Positions 25,521 to 37,588 of a stretch of DNA of 64,000 nucleotides are shown here, one piece after another. How positions within the stretch are numbered: position 1 is the first letter of the stretch; each line of letters starts with the position of its first letter. The position numbers and the translations under genes were made by a program. Source of the stretch: Lama guanicoe (taxonomy: Eukaryota); assembly GCA_013239625.1 (NCBI GenBank), contig MU054400.1:3074282-3138281 (forward strand). Reading direction: 5' to 3'. Under the pieces are notes generated by a model that was not told where the DNA came from, ran no database searches, and saw nothing but the letters and a program-made list of their open reading frames with translations.

Positions 25521-26079
25521 CAGAGAGAGGGCGAGAGAGTAAAGAGAAGTAAATGAAAACATGATTTCTATATTTCACTTAAAGTAGTTAAATACCTATG
25601 AGGCACACGTGCACATTGTAGCATGGAGGGTAACTACTAAGAAAACTGTACAAAATAAAATAACATAAATAACGTTCAGTATAAAGAAAAATTTAAAACA
25701 AATCCGTCAATATTATAAAATGTTTAAATAATCATGCCATACCTCATACGATAATCCAAAATAAATTCTCAATGCATCAAAAATGAAATGGAATACATGT
25801 TTTGTCTCTGAGAGCTCAGTACACACCTTCTGAGCTATTTTTCTATTCCTGTGATTCTGGGACTTGGTTTCACAGCCAGGTCTTTCTATAAAACTGTGGG
25901 CCTTTTGGTTAATACTTCAGAAGGTAAATCTCTAAATGAAACCCATATCCTTAAGTTCAACCATATCTTTGAATTGCATTCACTATTGTGTAGACAGATT
26001 CCTTTTTGCAATTAAACAAGTCCAGTATCACCCTTACAGGGCTTTGATGGGACTCAGTCCCTCGAAAGTCCCTTAGAAC

Positions 26080-26240
26080 CGTCCCACTCAGAGTGCAGCC
26101 TATGAATCAGCATTGTCACCTGGGAGCTTGGTGGAAATGCAAAGTCTTGGGCCCCACCCTAGACTCACTGACTTAGAATCTGCATTTTAACAAGATTCCC
26201 AGGTGAGTGGCATGCGTGTTACAGGCTGAGAAGTTGGCCC
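26080..26240 (+). mobile_element. hAT-Charlie MITE, MER5A-like
   Basis: CACCTGGGAGCTTG..GAAATGCA..GGGCCCCACCC..AGAATCTGCATTTTAACAAGATTCCCAGGTGA. Confidence 0.8.
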
Positions 26241-26974
26241 TAAGGAGACAATTTGTACACCGAAGAGATACCACTGGGGGAAAAGCAAGACGGCGGAGGT
26301 GGGGAAGGAAATGTGTTTATGGATCTAGTTCCATAAAATTCTCTTAACCTCTCAAAAACACGTGCCACACAGGGATGCCTTGATGCGCGTATGATGAAAG
26401 GTGAGCTGCTGTGGGAAATCGTCCACAAGTGGTCCATATGGCACATTCAGAAGAAAAGTACGACTCTGAGCTGATCCCAGGGAGACTGGCAGGAATTCAG
26501 CTTTGAAAGCTCCAGACTAAATGGAGATGGGGGTTGCCCATGAGGGCACAGCTGGAGGAAAACATGTTTCCCTTAAAAAAGAAATTTCCAGGTATTCAGG
26601 TAAATCCACAGGAGATAGGTTGTATGGTGTTGTATGATGTTGTAGCGACAGAAAGGACAAGTTAGAAAAACGTTCAGAATCTTCCAACAACCCCCTGGAG
26701 GAAGGGGGAGTTGATGGGCATTTCTGGGAATCAGACCCTCTCGGGGCTGAAACTTATTCCAAGTGTTCAGGAGGAGATACAGAGAATGTGACCCAGGAAC
26801 CTCTGTCAGAGAGTATTAAAGTACAGGGATGGAAGGAGATAGGAGACGCTCTCCAATGATGTGAGTGGTTGAAAGAATGAGAAAGAAGATCACAGTGGTT
26901 AACACACAGTGGCCTGCCATACCCCATTCCTATGAGTCTAGAAACGAAGGGGTAAACTGAACCGAGCTGAAAAG

Positions 26975-28410
26975 TTTTCCATCTGCTTACAAAATAATAT
27001 ATATTCACTGTAAAAATTTAGAAACGACAGCTCAAGGAAACTAAAGATTATCCATAATTCCACCGCCCGGATTATATTTTAGTGTGTACTCTATCTAATC
27101 CTTTTACCTTTATTTTTTCATTATTTTAAAGATTTCTTTTGTAATTGCACAAAATAGGGATGCAAACAAGAAAAAGTTCAAGCAATGTAGAATGACATGG
27201 GATTAAAAAATAAAAACCCTTCCTCACTCCTCCTCCCCACCCCATCTCCATCCCGCTCCCCTCACCAGGTTCACAAAGTCCTTTCTCTCCGCACTTGGAT
27301 TTGCATATACACACATTCACAAAAACATATTGTCTGCAGTAGCTCGTTTGCTACATATGTGGATTCGTACTCTTTTCATATTGTTCTGCATCCTGCTTTC
27401 ATCCTTTTAACCATATGTTTTGAGGAGTGTTTCCATGCTGGCACCCAGAAAGCCATCATACACTGCTGTATGGTCTGCCGTTGTATGGGTACATCTGTAG
27501 AATGGTTATTTAATCATTCCCTTATTGATGGATCATTTAATTATCCCCCTTTTTCAATATTATAATTAATATGGCAGTGACACACATACACGTGTCTCTG
27601 TGCACATGTGCCAGTATTTGTGTAGGATATGTCACTGATAGAAGAATTCAGGAACGGTCTCTGTGTTTAAATTTTTAATAATTCTTTGTGATTTGCCCTC
27701 AGTCTAGGACAATTAATAATCCAATCAACACTGATTGAGTGTTCACTTCCCACACTTTCTTCTTCTTTTAGTATATTGAAGTACAGTTGATTTATGATGT
27801 TGTATTAGTTTCTAGTATACAGCGTAATGATTCAGTTTATACACACACACACACACACTCTTTTCTGGTACAGGTTACTACAAGCCATTGAATATATTCC
27901 GTGTGCTGTACAGTAGGACCTTGTTTATCTATTCTGTACATAACAGTTTGTATCTGCCAATTCCAAACTCCCAATATAGCCCTCCCTCTTCCCTTTCCCC
28001 TGTGGTAACCATAAGTTTGTCTTCTTTGTCTGTGAGTCTGTTTCTGTTTTGTAAATAAGTTCATTTGTGTCATTGTTTTAGATTCCACATGTAAGTGATG
28101 GCATATGACATTTGTCTTTCTCTGTTTGACTTCACTTAGTATGATCATCTCTGTGTGATTAAGAGTATTCATTTCCCACACTTTCCTACTTTTCCTAAAA
28201 TATTGCCAAGTTCGTGGGCCAAAGCCACTGTTTTATTGGTTATATAATTTGCTTGTTCTCTGTTATGAATGCGATTGCCCAGAACAGTCCCATCCACGTG
28301 TGGTCATTTTGAATTCCGTGAATTACTCATTCGATCCAACGCCACTTTTCTAATGAGCTGTTTGTCTTTTTTGTATGAATTTGTAGGGGCTCTTTATATA
28401 TTAGAAGTCA
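26975..28410 (-). mobile_element. Old L1ME-like element, interrupted by a younger L1
   Basis: Antisense L1 motifs TTTAATCATTCCCTTATTGATGGA, GCACATGTGCCAGTATT..GTAGGATA, and TTGTAGGGGCTCTTTATATATTAG. Confidence 0.6.
27760..28162 (-). mobile_element. Artiodactyl-type L1 3' end (ORF2 tail + 3'UTR)
   Basis: Minus strand IILSEVKQRK then 3'UTR with purine tract; TSD GAGT(G/A)TTCA(C/T)TTCCCACACTTTC at 27737-27759 and 28163-28185; internal (CA)n. Confidence 0.9.
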
Positions 28411-29017
28411 TCTTACCCAGGTTTTTTTACCTTAATATGTAATATTTCCACAACCCAACATAGTAGAAATTGATGGACTCACAGCCTACTGGAGGCTGGA
28501 AGGAACCAGACTTGAAAGGCCACTTCATTCACTGGAGCTCAGCAAAGTAAGTGAGCTCCACATGAGGGTAAAAGCTGCAAAAAGGCATCTGGACTGGTCA
28601 CAGGGACTCATTCTTGGGAAGACCACTGATGTTCCCGTGATTCGTTTGTCAGTCTGCTGCTGGGCACAGATCTCTTTTGATGAGATCAAACACTTTTCCT
28701 GTCTAGTGCACAGAGTCCATGACAGGCTGTATTATAAGGGCAGGAAGACAATGCCTTCCTATGAAAAATGTGTTTGTTTTTACCCCATCTCCTTTTTCAA
28801 AGATGATCAGAAAGAGTTTACAGAAATAGTTTAAATAAAATAGAATTTAAAAAGAGACAAGAGGAAGAAATTAAAGGCCACTTTAGCATTCAGAAATGAG
28901 TGCCCCAAGTTTCTGCACAAAGGCTAGAAGTTGACTGCAAATTTAGTCGAAAAGACCTCTAGCACAGGGAAACATGATCAGAGCAAGATTCACATTATTT
29001 GTACAATAAAAAGATAC

Positions 29018-29154
29018 TGGGGGGAGGTATGGCTCAGTGGTAGATTGCCTGCTTAGCATGCACGAGGTCCTGGGTTCAATCCCCAGTATCACCACTAAGA
29101 AATAAATAAATGAATAAACCTAATTACCTCCACCCCCCCCCAAAATTCAAAACC
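29018..29154 (+). mobile_element. tRNA-Ala-derived camelid SINE (Vic-1-like) with 3' extension
   Basis: GGCTCAGTGGTAG..CTTAGCATGCACGAGGTCCTGGGTTCAATCCCCAGTA followed by AATAAACCTAATTACCTCC; perfect TSD AAAAAGATAC at 29008-29017 and 29155-29164. Confidence 0.92.
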
Positions 29155-29737
29155 AAAAAGATACCATTTCCTCAAGTAAAGTGTAGTCTTCCCTAACACT
29201 GAAGGCTCATGAGGAAATAGTATGTGACAGGAAGTATATTATATTTAAAGTAAATTCCTAAAAGCATTTTGTATTCATTTTCCCTCCACACCAGATCAAG
29301 TTGAAACAATATGAAAGTTGGGTCAGACGTTTTTTTAAAGTAAAGACTATTCTTTAAAAAAAAAAAAAGAAAAACAACAGCTGGTTTGAATCTCTCCACA
29401 ATACGGTGTTAACAACAAAATAAACAACAGGCAGATGAGTGCAAATTTGCATGTCTCCCTTACGGCAGCCCGAACCCACGAGAGTAGGAATATATAAAAA
29501 GGGTGATGTAAGGAGAAAAGACATAATTTACAAAAATACTCATTATAGGATTACTCTCTAGGATATTTTCTGCAAACACATTTCGAATTGGCGTCTGTTT
29601 TCAAACGTGCAAAGAGGAGCCACTGGGACCAGTGGGCAAGGCGTTCACGGGCTGTGGTCTATCGAGGGAAGCTTGCTGGTGGAGGAAGAAATGGGGGTGC
29701 AATTTCCCTGTCTAAGAGTGGTGTAGGCCCTTCTCTG

Positions 29738-30214
29738 TGAGGCTGGAGAGTAGGTTCTTGTCTCACACAGGAAAGAACTCAAGAGCCAGCCAGAGTACAG
29801 TGAAAGCAAGTTGATTTAGAGAGATACACATTCCATAGACAGAACGTGGTCCCTCTCAGAAGGGAAAGTGGCCCCAGGGTGCGGGGGTGGTTAGTTTTTA
29901 TGAGCTGAGTAATTTCACATGCTAACAAGCGGGAGGATTATGCCACCTGTTTGGAGGAAGGGGCGGGGATTTCCAGGAATTGGGCCCCACCCACTATTTG
30001 GCCTTTTATGGTCAGCCTGGGAACTGTCATGGCACTTGTGGGCGTGTCATCAAGCTTGTGAATGTATTACAATGAGCCTGTGAGGTTCAAGCTCTCCTGG
30101 GAGTCAGATATTCTGCTATCTTGGGCCTAATTGGTTCTAACCAGTTTATGTCATATCCTTAACTGCAGTGTCATTCCTTTACTGGCTGTGCCCTGCCCCT
30201 TCCCTCCAGTCTCA
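29738..30214 (-). mobile_element. ERV1 (MER4/MER41-group-like) solo LTR
   Basis: TG...CA ends with 11-bp inverted termini (TGAGGCTGGAG / CTCCAGTCTCA, 10/11 match); 4-bp TSD TCTG at 29734-29737 and 30215-30218; on minus, CCAAT, CATAAAAA and a degenerate polyA signal occur in U3-R order. Confidence 0.85.
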
Positions 30215-30607
30215 TCTGCTCACCCTCCTTGATGCTGGGCAGGCAGGAAGGGGCTTGAACTGACTACTCAGTTCCCATCATAGGGATTGGTGGCCCATGT
30301 GTGAAGGGCAGAGCTTCCTAATGCTGATCAGGAGCAGTGGATGAGGTGGTGGCCCTGTCTTCTTTCTCCTCTTCCACCCATGGGGCCCAGGAGTGAGTTT
30401 CTCTCATCCATCAGGCAGGCCTGGAGCAGCTGGAATGCAATGATCTGTCCAGGGTCCTGGGCTGGGGCCAGCTCAGTGCCGGGAACTGAGGGGGCTTTCC
30501 TGACATCACAGGGGTCAGATCAAAAGCTTGGGTGTGGGACTGAAGCGGGTACAGGCCGGCTGGACCTCACGGTTTGCTTTATCTTGAGGTAGTGAAGGCC
30601 CAACCCA

Positions 30608-30775
30608 GCGGGACTCAAAGTAGAGTCCCCAGAGGAGTAGTAGTAACGTCACGTGGGAACGTGTGAGAAATGCGAATTCTTACTACATCAGACACTCTGG
30701 GGATGGGACCCAGTGATCTGCATTTTAACCAGGCTTCCGAGTGATTCTGACACACGCTCAAGTCTGAGCATCTTG
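30608..30775 (+). mobile_element. MER5A-like hAT MITE
   Basis: CTCAAAGT..GTCCC..AGAAATGCGAATTCT..CTCTGGGGATGGGACCCAG..CTGCATTTTAAC..GTGATTCTGA..GCTCAAGTCTGAG. Confidence 0.8.
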
Positions 30776-32400
30776 GGTGTAACCTGAAGAAGGAAAAGCT
30801 GCTTTCCTGTGACCCGATCCATCTCACCCAAATTTTTCATGAGGATGGGGGCAAGCAAAAAATAGTGTTTCTTGGTCTTCCATTTGCACTTCATCACCTG
30901 TGGTTACGTCTGCTCCTAGGGTGAGTCCCCTAGAAGCATGATTGGGGGAACTGTGCTCCCTGGCCCATAATATTATCTAATAGTGATCTTACCCTGATTT
31001 TCCATAAAATTCATAAATCATCTGTCTCTAACACAGTCAAGCTGGAGTATTTATAGCTTAAAGAAGCTAGCCACAGCATAGTTCTAAAAAAAAATCTGCA
31101 ATTTGCATCAGTAAATGGTGTAAAGGCTCATATGTTGCTAGGGGAAAGAAAAAAAAAAGAAAAGAAAATGAAAAGACAGAAAGAAAAGGGCAGAGAACTT
31201 TCAGAATGAGATGTTTGATTGATAAGCTTGCGAAATATAAAATCCAGACTGCTTGTTAAGCTCGAAATAGTAACGCTGCTCCCATCTAGCAAGGGTTGAA
31301 GAAAGCATTTCAATCCACGTTTTACCTGTGTAGTTGAATCCTGAGAACACGTGTTTACCAGGAACCTGAAATTGGTGCTTGAATTGGAGAGTGTGGTGGC
31401 CAAGTTCTCAGAAGACCACAGTCAATCAAGCCATCAAAGGCAAAACTCGTGTCTTTGATGTTCAAGGGTTTGGCTCCGTGGTTAAATCTGCAATGTTAAA
31501 GCAACTGCTACAGAAAGCAGCTACGAAAAGGTCCCTTCTTTGTGCTCCTACCAACCCAAAGAGTGACTGTTTGCCTAAGGATTTTTATAGCCCAAGAGAC
31601 AGTGAGTGGTGGATTGAGTCAGGAAGTCACATAAAAGAAAATTCAGGCTCGTGATTTATTTATTTCTATCATGCAGTTGCCAGTGCTATTAAAATAACGT
31701 CAAGGACATAATGATGAATTTAATAAGATATTGATGATGCATCTGACGATGGATTAGTGCCTAAAGTAATGAAACATCAGGGTAAAGTGCATTACGTGCT
31801 CCCTTGCATCGTTAAAGTGACTCCAGGCGAACGGAGAGGCTGCACTGAGACTTCCTTGAGATGCACTAAAAGGCTACTCTTCAACTAAAAGCTCCCCTAT
31901 CTTTATCTTGGGATGATGGATCAGGACTGAATCTTCAGCATCTAAGGGAGAAAGAAGAGGGAGCCCCCACAGGTCTAAACTAGATCAAGCATTGTTACCT
32001 CCAATGCTCACACGCCTTTAACACAGCCAGATTAGTTATTAAAATGTGAAATATGCAAACCATGTGGATATTTCATGAAGGGCCATCAAAGCCTCACATT
32101 TACTTAATTCCTAACTAAACCTCCAAGTGAAATGGTTTCTTCCATTTCTTTCCAGGCTTTGCTCAACGCAGTCAACGGCTAATGAGAGTTTTAAAAGTCA
32201 CTTTTGGGATCTAAGTTATCCATACATACAAGGCAACTGTCAGGGATCTCTTTAAAATGCGTTTCCATTATTTTTCATTCCTTTGCCCTGAGCTATGAGA
32301 AAAACAAATTGGAGTTTAAAAACTCATCTCAAAGCACAGCTTCTTTCAAGTTGCCTTTTGATCTGTGCGTTTTGAGGGTTCTTGGAGTGGATTTGATATG

Positions 32401-32497
32401 AGGGAGAAGAGAAAGGAGAGAGGGGAAGTAAGAAAGGTTAAAGGGATGAGAGAGGACAAGAGAGAGAAGAAAGGAGGAAAGGGAAGGAGAGAAGGAA
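32401..32497 (+). repeat. GA-rich polypurine tract
   Basis: About 100 bp almost exclusively A/G. Confidence 0.8.
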
Positions 32498-32838
32498 TCT
32501 AAATGTTCCATAATTTATTGTCCCATTGACCCGACCCACCAATCATTCAACTTTTAGCTTCTTTTGATTGTGAAGTCAAAAAGAATGAAAGACATTTAGT
32601 TCTGAGTTTGGAATCTAAATTTTGAATTTAGGGTCAGGCCACAGCTCTATGGAAATGGGAATGACTGCGGCCAGGCCACATGTTTCCAAAGTGAGCTGAT
32701 AATGCCAGGGGCTTATCCAGGATGCCCACCAGGACCCAGAGCTCTTCATTGGTTCCATCACTATACCTGAAGGGGGCTTGAGATGAAAGCAGTCTTTTAA
32801 AACTTTGGATTGTGGTGAAGGGTTTGCATTTGGCAATG

Positions 32839-33040
32839 TAGTTGATTGCCATTATTCACGGTAATTATGTTCTACAAAGTCACCGCAAACATACAATTAG
32901 CTAACATTAACCATTGCTTCTAGAGGGGGACATAGAGGTAAGTTCTTGCAAGACTATGGTCACAACATTTTCATCAATTTATCAACAAATGATCTTGTTT
33001 TACATTTTTCTATTTAAGAGCACCTTACTATCTATCTATC

Positions 33041-33087
<47 letters not shown>

Positions 33088-33521
33088 CCTATCTATCTAT
33101 AGGTGGTTCATTAACATTGAACTTACAGCCAACAGCAACATAACTGATGCCCAAGGGAAGTTACGTAACTCCATTCTCCATGAGTTTCTCCGTAAGGCAC
33201 ATCACATCTTGTGCTATGTTTGGGGACCATTTGAAAGAGTGAAAACACCAACAAGAAGTGCAAAAATGCAACAACAACAACAACAACAAAACAACTGCAA
33301 AGAGGACAACTGTTCACAGTATGAGAACAAGAAAACAGTGTCACCCCTGTCCAAACTCTGCTAAAAACGTGCATGTTGGGGGACTCAAATTTTTCACTGC
33401 TCTGCGCATGTCTGCAAATGACTGCCCAAACTCCAACAGTATTGATTTTACAATTATAGAAATATGTTCACCAGTAGGCAAGTTTGCAAATGTTGAATCT
33501 GCAAATAAGGAGAATCAGCTG
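32839..33521 (-). mobile_element. Tigger-family DNA transposon, MER82-like
   Basis: Inverted ends TAGTTGATTGCCATTATTCACGG / CTGCAAATAAGGAGAATCAGCTG followed by TA; internal TTCTCCGTAAGGCACATCACA and GACTCAAATTTTTCACTGCTCTGCGCATGTC. Confidence 0.8.
33028..33100. repeat. (TATC)n microsatellite
   Basis: Direct tetranucleotide run with minor interruptions, inside the MER82-like element. Confidence 0.95.
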
Positions 33522-33849
33522 TATTTGTCTTTCATTCGATTTTGCCACAACCTTTCGACTTTTATTCTGCCTTGGCTGTTAGATTCTGACAAGTCTACTT
33601 GTTGGTCAGTTTCTTTGACTGTGAAAGGAAAAAGTTGTTCCTGTCTCTTCTAGATATCTGGGACTGCATCTCAGTTCTTGCCTCCTTTTCCTTAAGTAAA
33701 ATAAATGAAAAGAGTAAAATGTAGAGGAGACTGCATTATGGAACATTTAAAAGAAATAGAAAGCAACAAAACTTGAAAGATCACTAGATTGGAAAACTGA
33801 TGTTCCTTTTTACAAACTTTAGCTCATGGCCACCTCTGTACTGAATATT

Positions 33850-33955
33850 TAATGAGGGCTCCCAGAGGCTAAGAGAGGCATCCAATGGGCAGACAGCTAA
33901 CAGGTCACAGGACCGACACTTCAACCTAGGTCTAAGTGATCTGAAGGTCATGAAT
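33850..33955 (-). mobile_element. MIR fragment
   Basis: TGAGGGCTCCCAGAGGCTAAG..ACAGCTAA..TTCAACCTAGGTCT. Confidence 0.55.
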
Positions 33956-36719
33956 TCCATCCAGCTGCCATGAATAGAATTAAAATAGGAGATGTGGCCG
34001 TTCATAAAGTTTTCATCAAGATGTGCAAGATAATAATGTGTCTCATCCTTACTTACACTGCCCCTACTAGATGCTTCCCACAATCTTTGAGTGATGAAAT
34101 ATCAACCGCACAGGGATACACGAAGGTCATTCTCACGAGGCAAAAGTGAGGAAGCAGAGTCACTGAGGAAAATGTAAGGCGATGCATTTAGGGAAAAATG
34201 ATTCTAATTCTGGTTATAAAATGGATCACCTTGGTTCGTCAGGAAAAGCCTCCAAAAATTATTCTAAACTGTATCCTGAGGATCTCAGGCCCCGAAAGTG
34301 GGGTGTTAAATGGTGGAGACGGGGGAGTGGCTTCCTCTGCCGGCCTGGCTTTTGCAGCCTGGGTGAACTGTGAGTGTGGTGAAGAGGCCACGGGTGCCAG
34401 GAAGACCAGAAGCCTCCAGTTTGGTGACTCCCTAATCACATCTCGTCATCTGGACAGAAAGCATCACCCATGGCTGCAGACACCTGGATCTGCTGCACGG
34501 CGCGCGTTCATCCAACTTAACCACGACCTCGCTCTCTTTTGCCCAAGTGGAACAGAGGCTCCTTCTCCAGCTGGGGCTGCAGGTGTTGATGGAGCGAGAA
34601 GCTCCTTCCAAGGAAAGATGGGCTGAACCCCAACCCCTCCGAGCTGAGTCCCTGCTAACAGTCCTGACACTCTGCCAAGTGCCAGAGTCCGCTGGGAAGT
34701 TCTGAGCCCAGCTGTACAAGCCAGATATGCTCACTGACCGGATGCCAAGCTGTTCCAAAGGCCCGAGGAATGTTCATCTCCCAGGCCTGGTGGCCTGACG
34801 ACAAGGATAGGGAATGCCATCCCGGGGAGCCAGCAGCTGGGGAAATGGGACAGGAATTCCCACTGTAAAAAGACCCCCTTCTGGTATGGTTCCCTTCCTG
34901 GCCAAAGACATCTCAACATCTCCATTTCGTAGTGTAGCATCCGTCCTCCAGAGCAGCTGACCCACCTCCGGGCCGATGCCAGCTGCCAAGGTGACCTTTA
35001 GACGGACAGTCAGTGGCGACAACCATTCTGGGCTCTCACTGGAAAGTGACCTTAGGAACACAGTCATGGCATGGTGCAGGCTGTCTGCCCATAAGTTATG
35101 AAAATAGGCAAATATCTGAGGCAGGGTAGGGAAACACAGAGAGCAGCACACGGAGGCTCGGGGGAGAAGGTACCGTTGCAACGGACAGAATCCAAGACTC
35201 CATTGTAAGTTTATTTCTACCCCAAATCAGTTCCTCCTCTGCCGAGTGAGGCAAGACTAACTCAGCAGCAGGAGAGAAGGAAAGAGGGGCATCTCAGAGC
35301 AGAGGAGCTTCCCCGTGTGCTCCGTCAGGAGCACAGCTGATGCGCGCCTTTCCCGGACCCCGTGTGCCCATAAAAGCCAGAGGCGAGGCCATTTCATTAG
35401 GAAAAAGAGACGCAGGCGGCCCGTGTTATGCAACCGCCTGTGCCTGTCTGCACGAGGGTGCTTCGTTTCATGTGGCTGCTCAGTCTCAACGGATGAAAAG
35501 CTGATTTTAAGTAAACAGCAGTGTTCACTGTGTTTTCGATTAACAGCCATGCCCCGAGTCCAGCTCTCTCCAAAGCAAAGCACGAGGAAAATTAAATCTT
35601 CAGAGGAAAGAACTTGACGGAAACCATGGGTACAAAGTCCCACGGCCGGTTCCTGTTTTTGAAAAGCACATTTGGGCTGTCTGAGTTTATTGCGTGTGGC
35701 CATCCATGTGTGTCCAGAGTGGCTCTTTTTTCTGGAAGCCTCCCTTGCACGTGGGCAGGCACACTCATGCCTGCCCTGTGTCGTGGCGTTCTTTGGGGGT
35801 GATGTCAAGGGTCATGTGAAATCTCAGGGGGAGCTCTTTATAGCCAGGTTTGGTGTAAATAAATATTTAAGTGAGCAAAGGTTCCTGCCAAGCCCTCAGC
35901 CAGCACAGACCACTTTCGACTAAGAAAAGCTTAGGAGGGCACTTCATGCTCCCTGAGGAGCGAAGGGGGTCCCTGCTGAGGTGGGGCCATCTGGTTTACT
36001 CCCAGCTCCTCTTCTCTAAATTTCCAACCTCACGTCCACCCACATGAGCAACAGTTCGGCTGCATGGAGCCCTCAGAGTGCCTCATAATTTCCAACAGCC
36101 CTTCCCGGTCCTCCTACTTCCTCTAACTAGGTAAGATGTGTCCCCGAGATCACCAGCTGCCTATCATGCTGTGATCAGGAGGAGAGAAGCTGGCTCACCG
36201 GCATGATCGCAAACTACAGCAAGAACTTCCTTCCCCACGGCTGCAGCGTGTTTCACGTCTGGGGTCCATGGAGGGGCTGGACTGAACGCGTCAGCCTTGT
36301 TTATCGGCACATGTCATGTGCACCAGGAAATACATTCAGGATCGTGCCACGTGATGTGTCTGTTTCTAAAATGTCCTTCCTGAGGATGCTCATTAAGAAT
36401 TGAGATTGGATTGACATGCTCTTGACAGCTGAGTTATCTGCCATGAACAAGATAAGAAAGCAGAGATAAAGAAAGAGTATTGCCTTCAACTGTTGGTACT
36501 CTCTGAAAGGCGATCTCCATTCGGGCAGAGCCAAGCTGAGCCATCAGCCCCTGGGGAACTCCTACGTGCCCTCCATAAATAAGGGAGTGGACTCTACAGA
36601 AAAGCCAGAGACAGATGGGAATGGAGTGTCTGTGACTGTCAGATAATCTGGAGGAAATTTCAAAGTCAAGGCTATTGTGAAATCCTGGAACAGCTGATCA
36701 GGTGACTTAAAACTGGAGT

Positions 36720-36900
36720 ATCCAGCTGAAATGCTTTTGAATTCTAATGCTTCCACTTATAAATGATGTCACTGCCTCAAGTCTCCCTTTGCTCATCTGT
36801 AAAGTGAGGCTAATAATATTCATCTAAAAGATACTATGGGGGAGTAACAGAGCTTTTGTAATGGACTTAGTCTAGCGACTGTCAAGAGTTGGTGCTAGGT
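36720..36900 (+). mobile_element. MIR fragment
   Basis: TTTGCTCATCTGTAAAGTGAGGCTAATAATA core. Confidence 0.6.
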
Positions 36901-37550
36901 GCATTTTAGTTCTCTGCAGTCTCTTGTTTACAGTCCTCCGTCAACCACGGACCACTCACCGCCCAGGTGTGGGTAGCCTCATGACACCCTGTCATTTCTT
37001 GTTACGAAGACACTGTGCGACAGAATACGAACATTTTTTAAAAGTAGATTCAGCCCCTAATCTTTAAGAGCTTGTACTTTTACAAGGAAGATGAAACATG
37101 TACACAAACACACACCAAACACAATTAGGTGACTGGTTACGGAAGTTCAGTTGGGTCCCAACGCCCTGGACATTCAGGCAGAGGCTGGCTGGCGAAGGTA
37201 CAAGCTGGGTGAGTTAGCATCAATGATGGAGGTTGAAATGTGTACCCTGAACACACCCAGATGTGGCTGGTCACATCTACGCAGAATCCTCCTGCAAAAC
37301 CTGATGCCTGGGGAAGCAGATTTTGCTTTTCATGTGCAGGAACCTGCCCTCAGTTTCAATACTAAAGAGATGAGAAGGATTAAATCCAGGCAAATCAGCA
37401 CGTGGTTAAATGATGTGTGTAAATGAAGCATGGAAAGGGCTCACTTAGGGTCTCCTGTTACCAGTCTTGTATATCGTGGCTTCTCCCAAATTAGGGACAG
37501 TTTTACATATAGGCAGCGAGGAAGAACTCAGCTTAAGAAAATATCAAGAA

Positions 37551-37588
37551 TCTCTCTCTCATATGCACACACACACACACACACACAT
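37551..37588. repeat. (TC)n/(CA)n compound microsatellite
   Basis: Directly visible dinucleotide runs. Confidence 0.9.
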
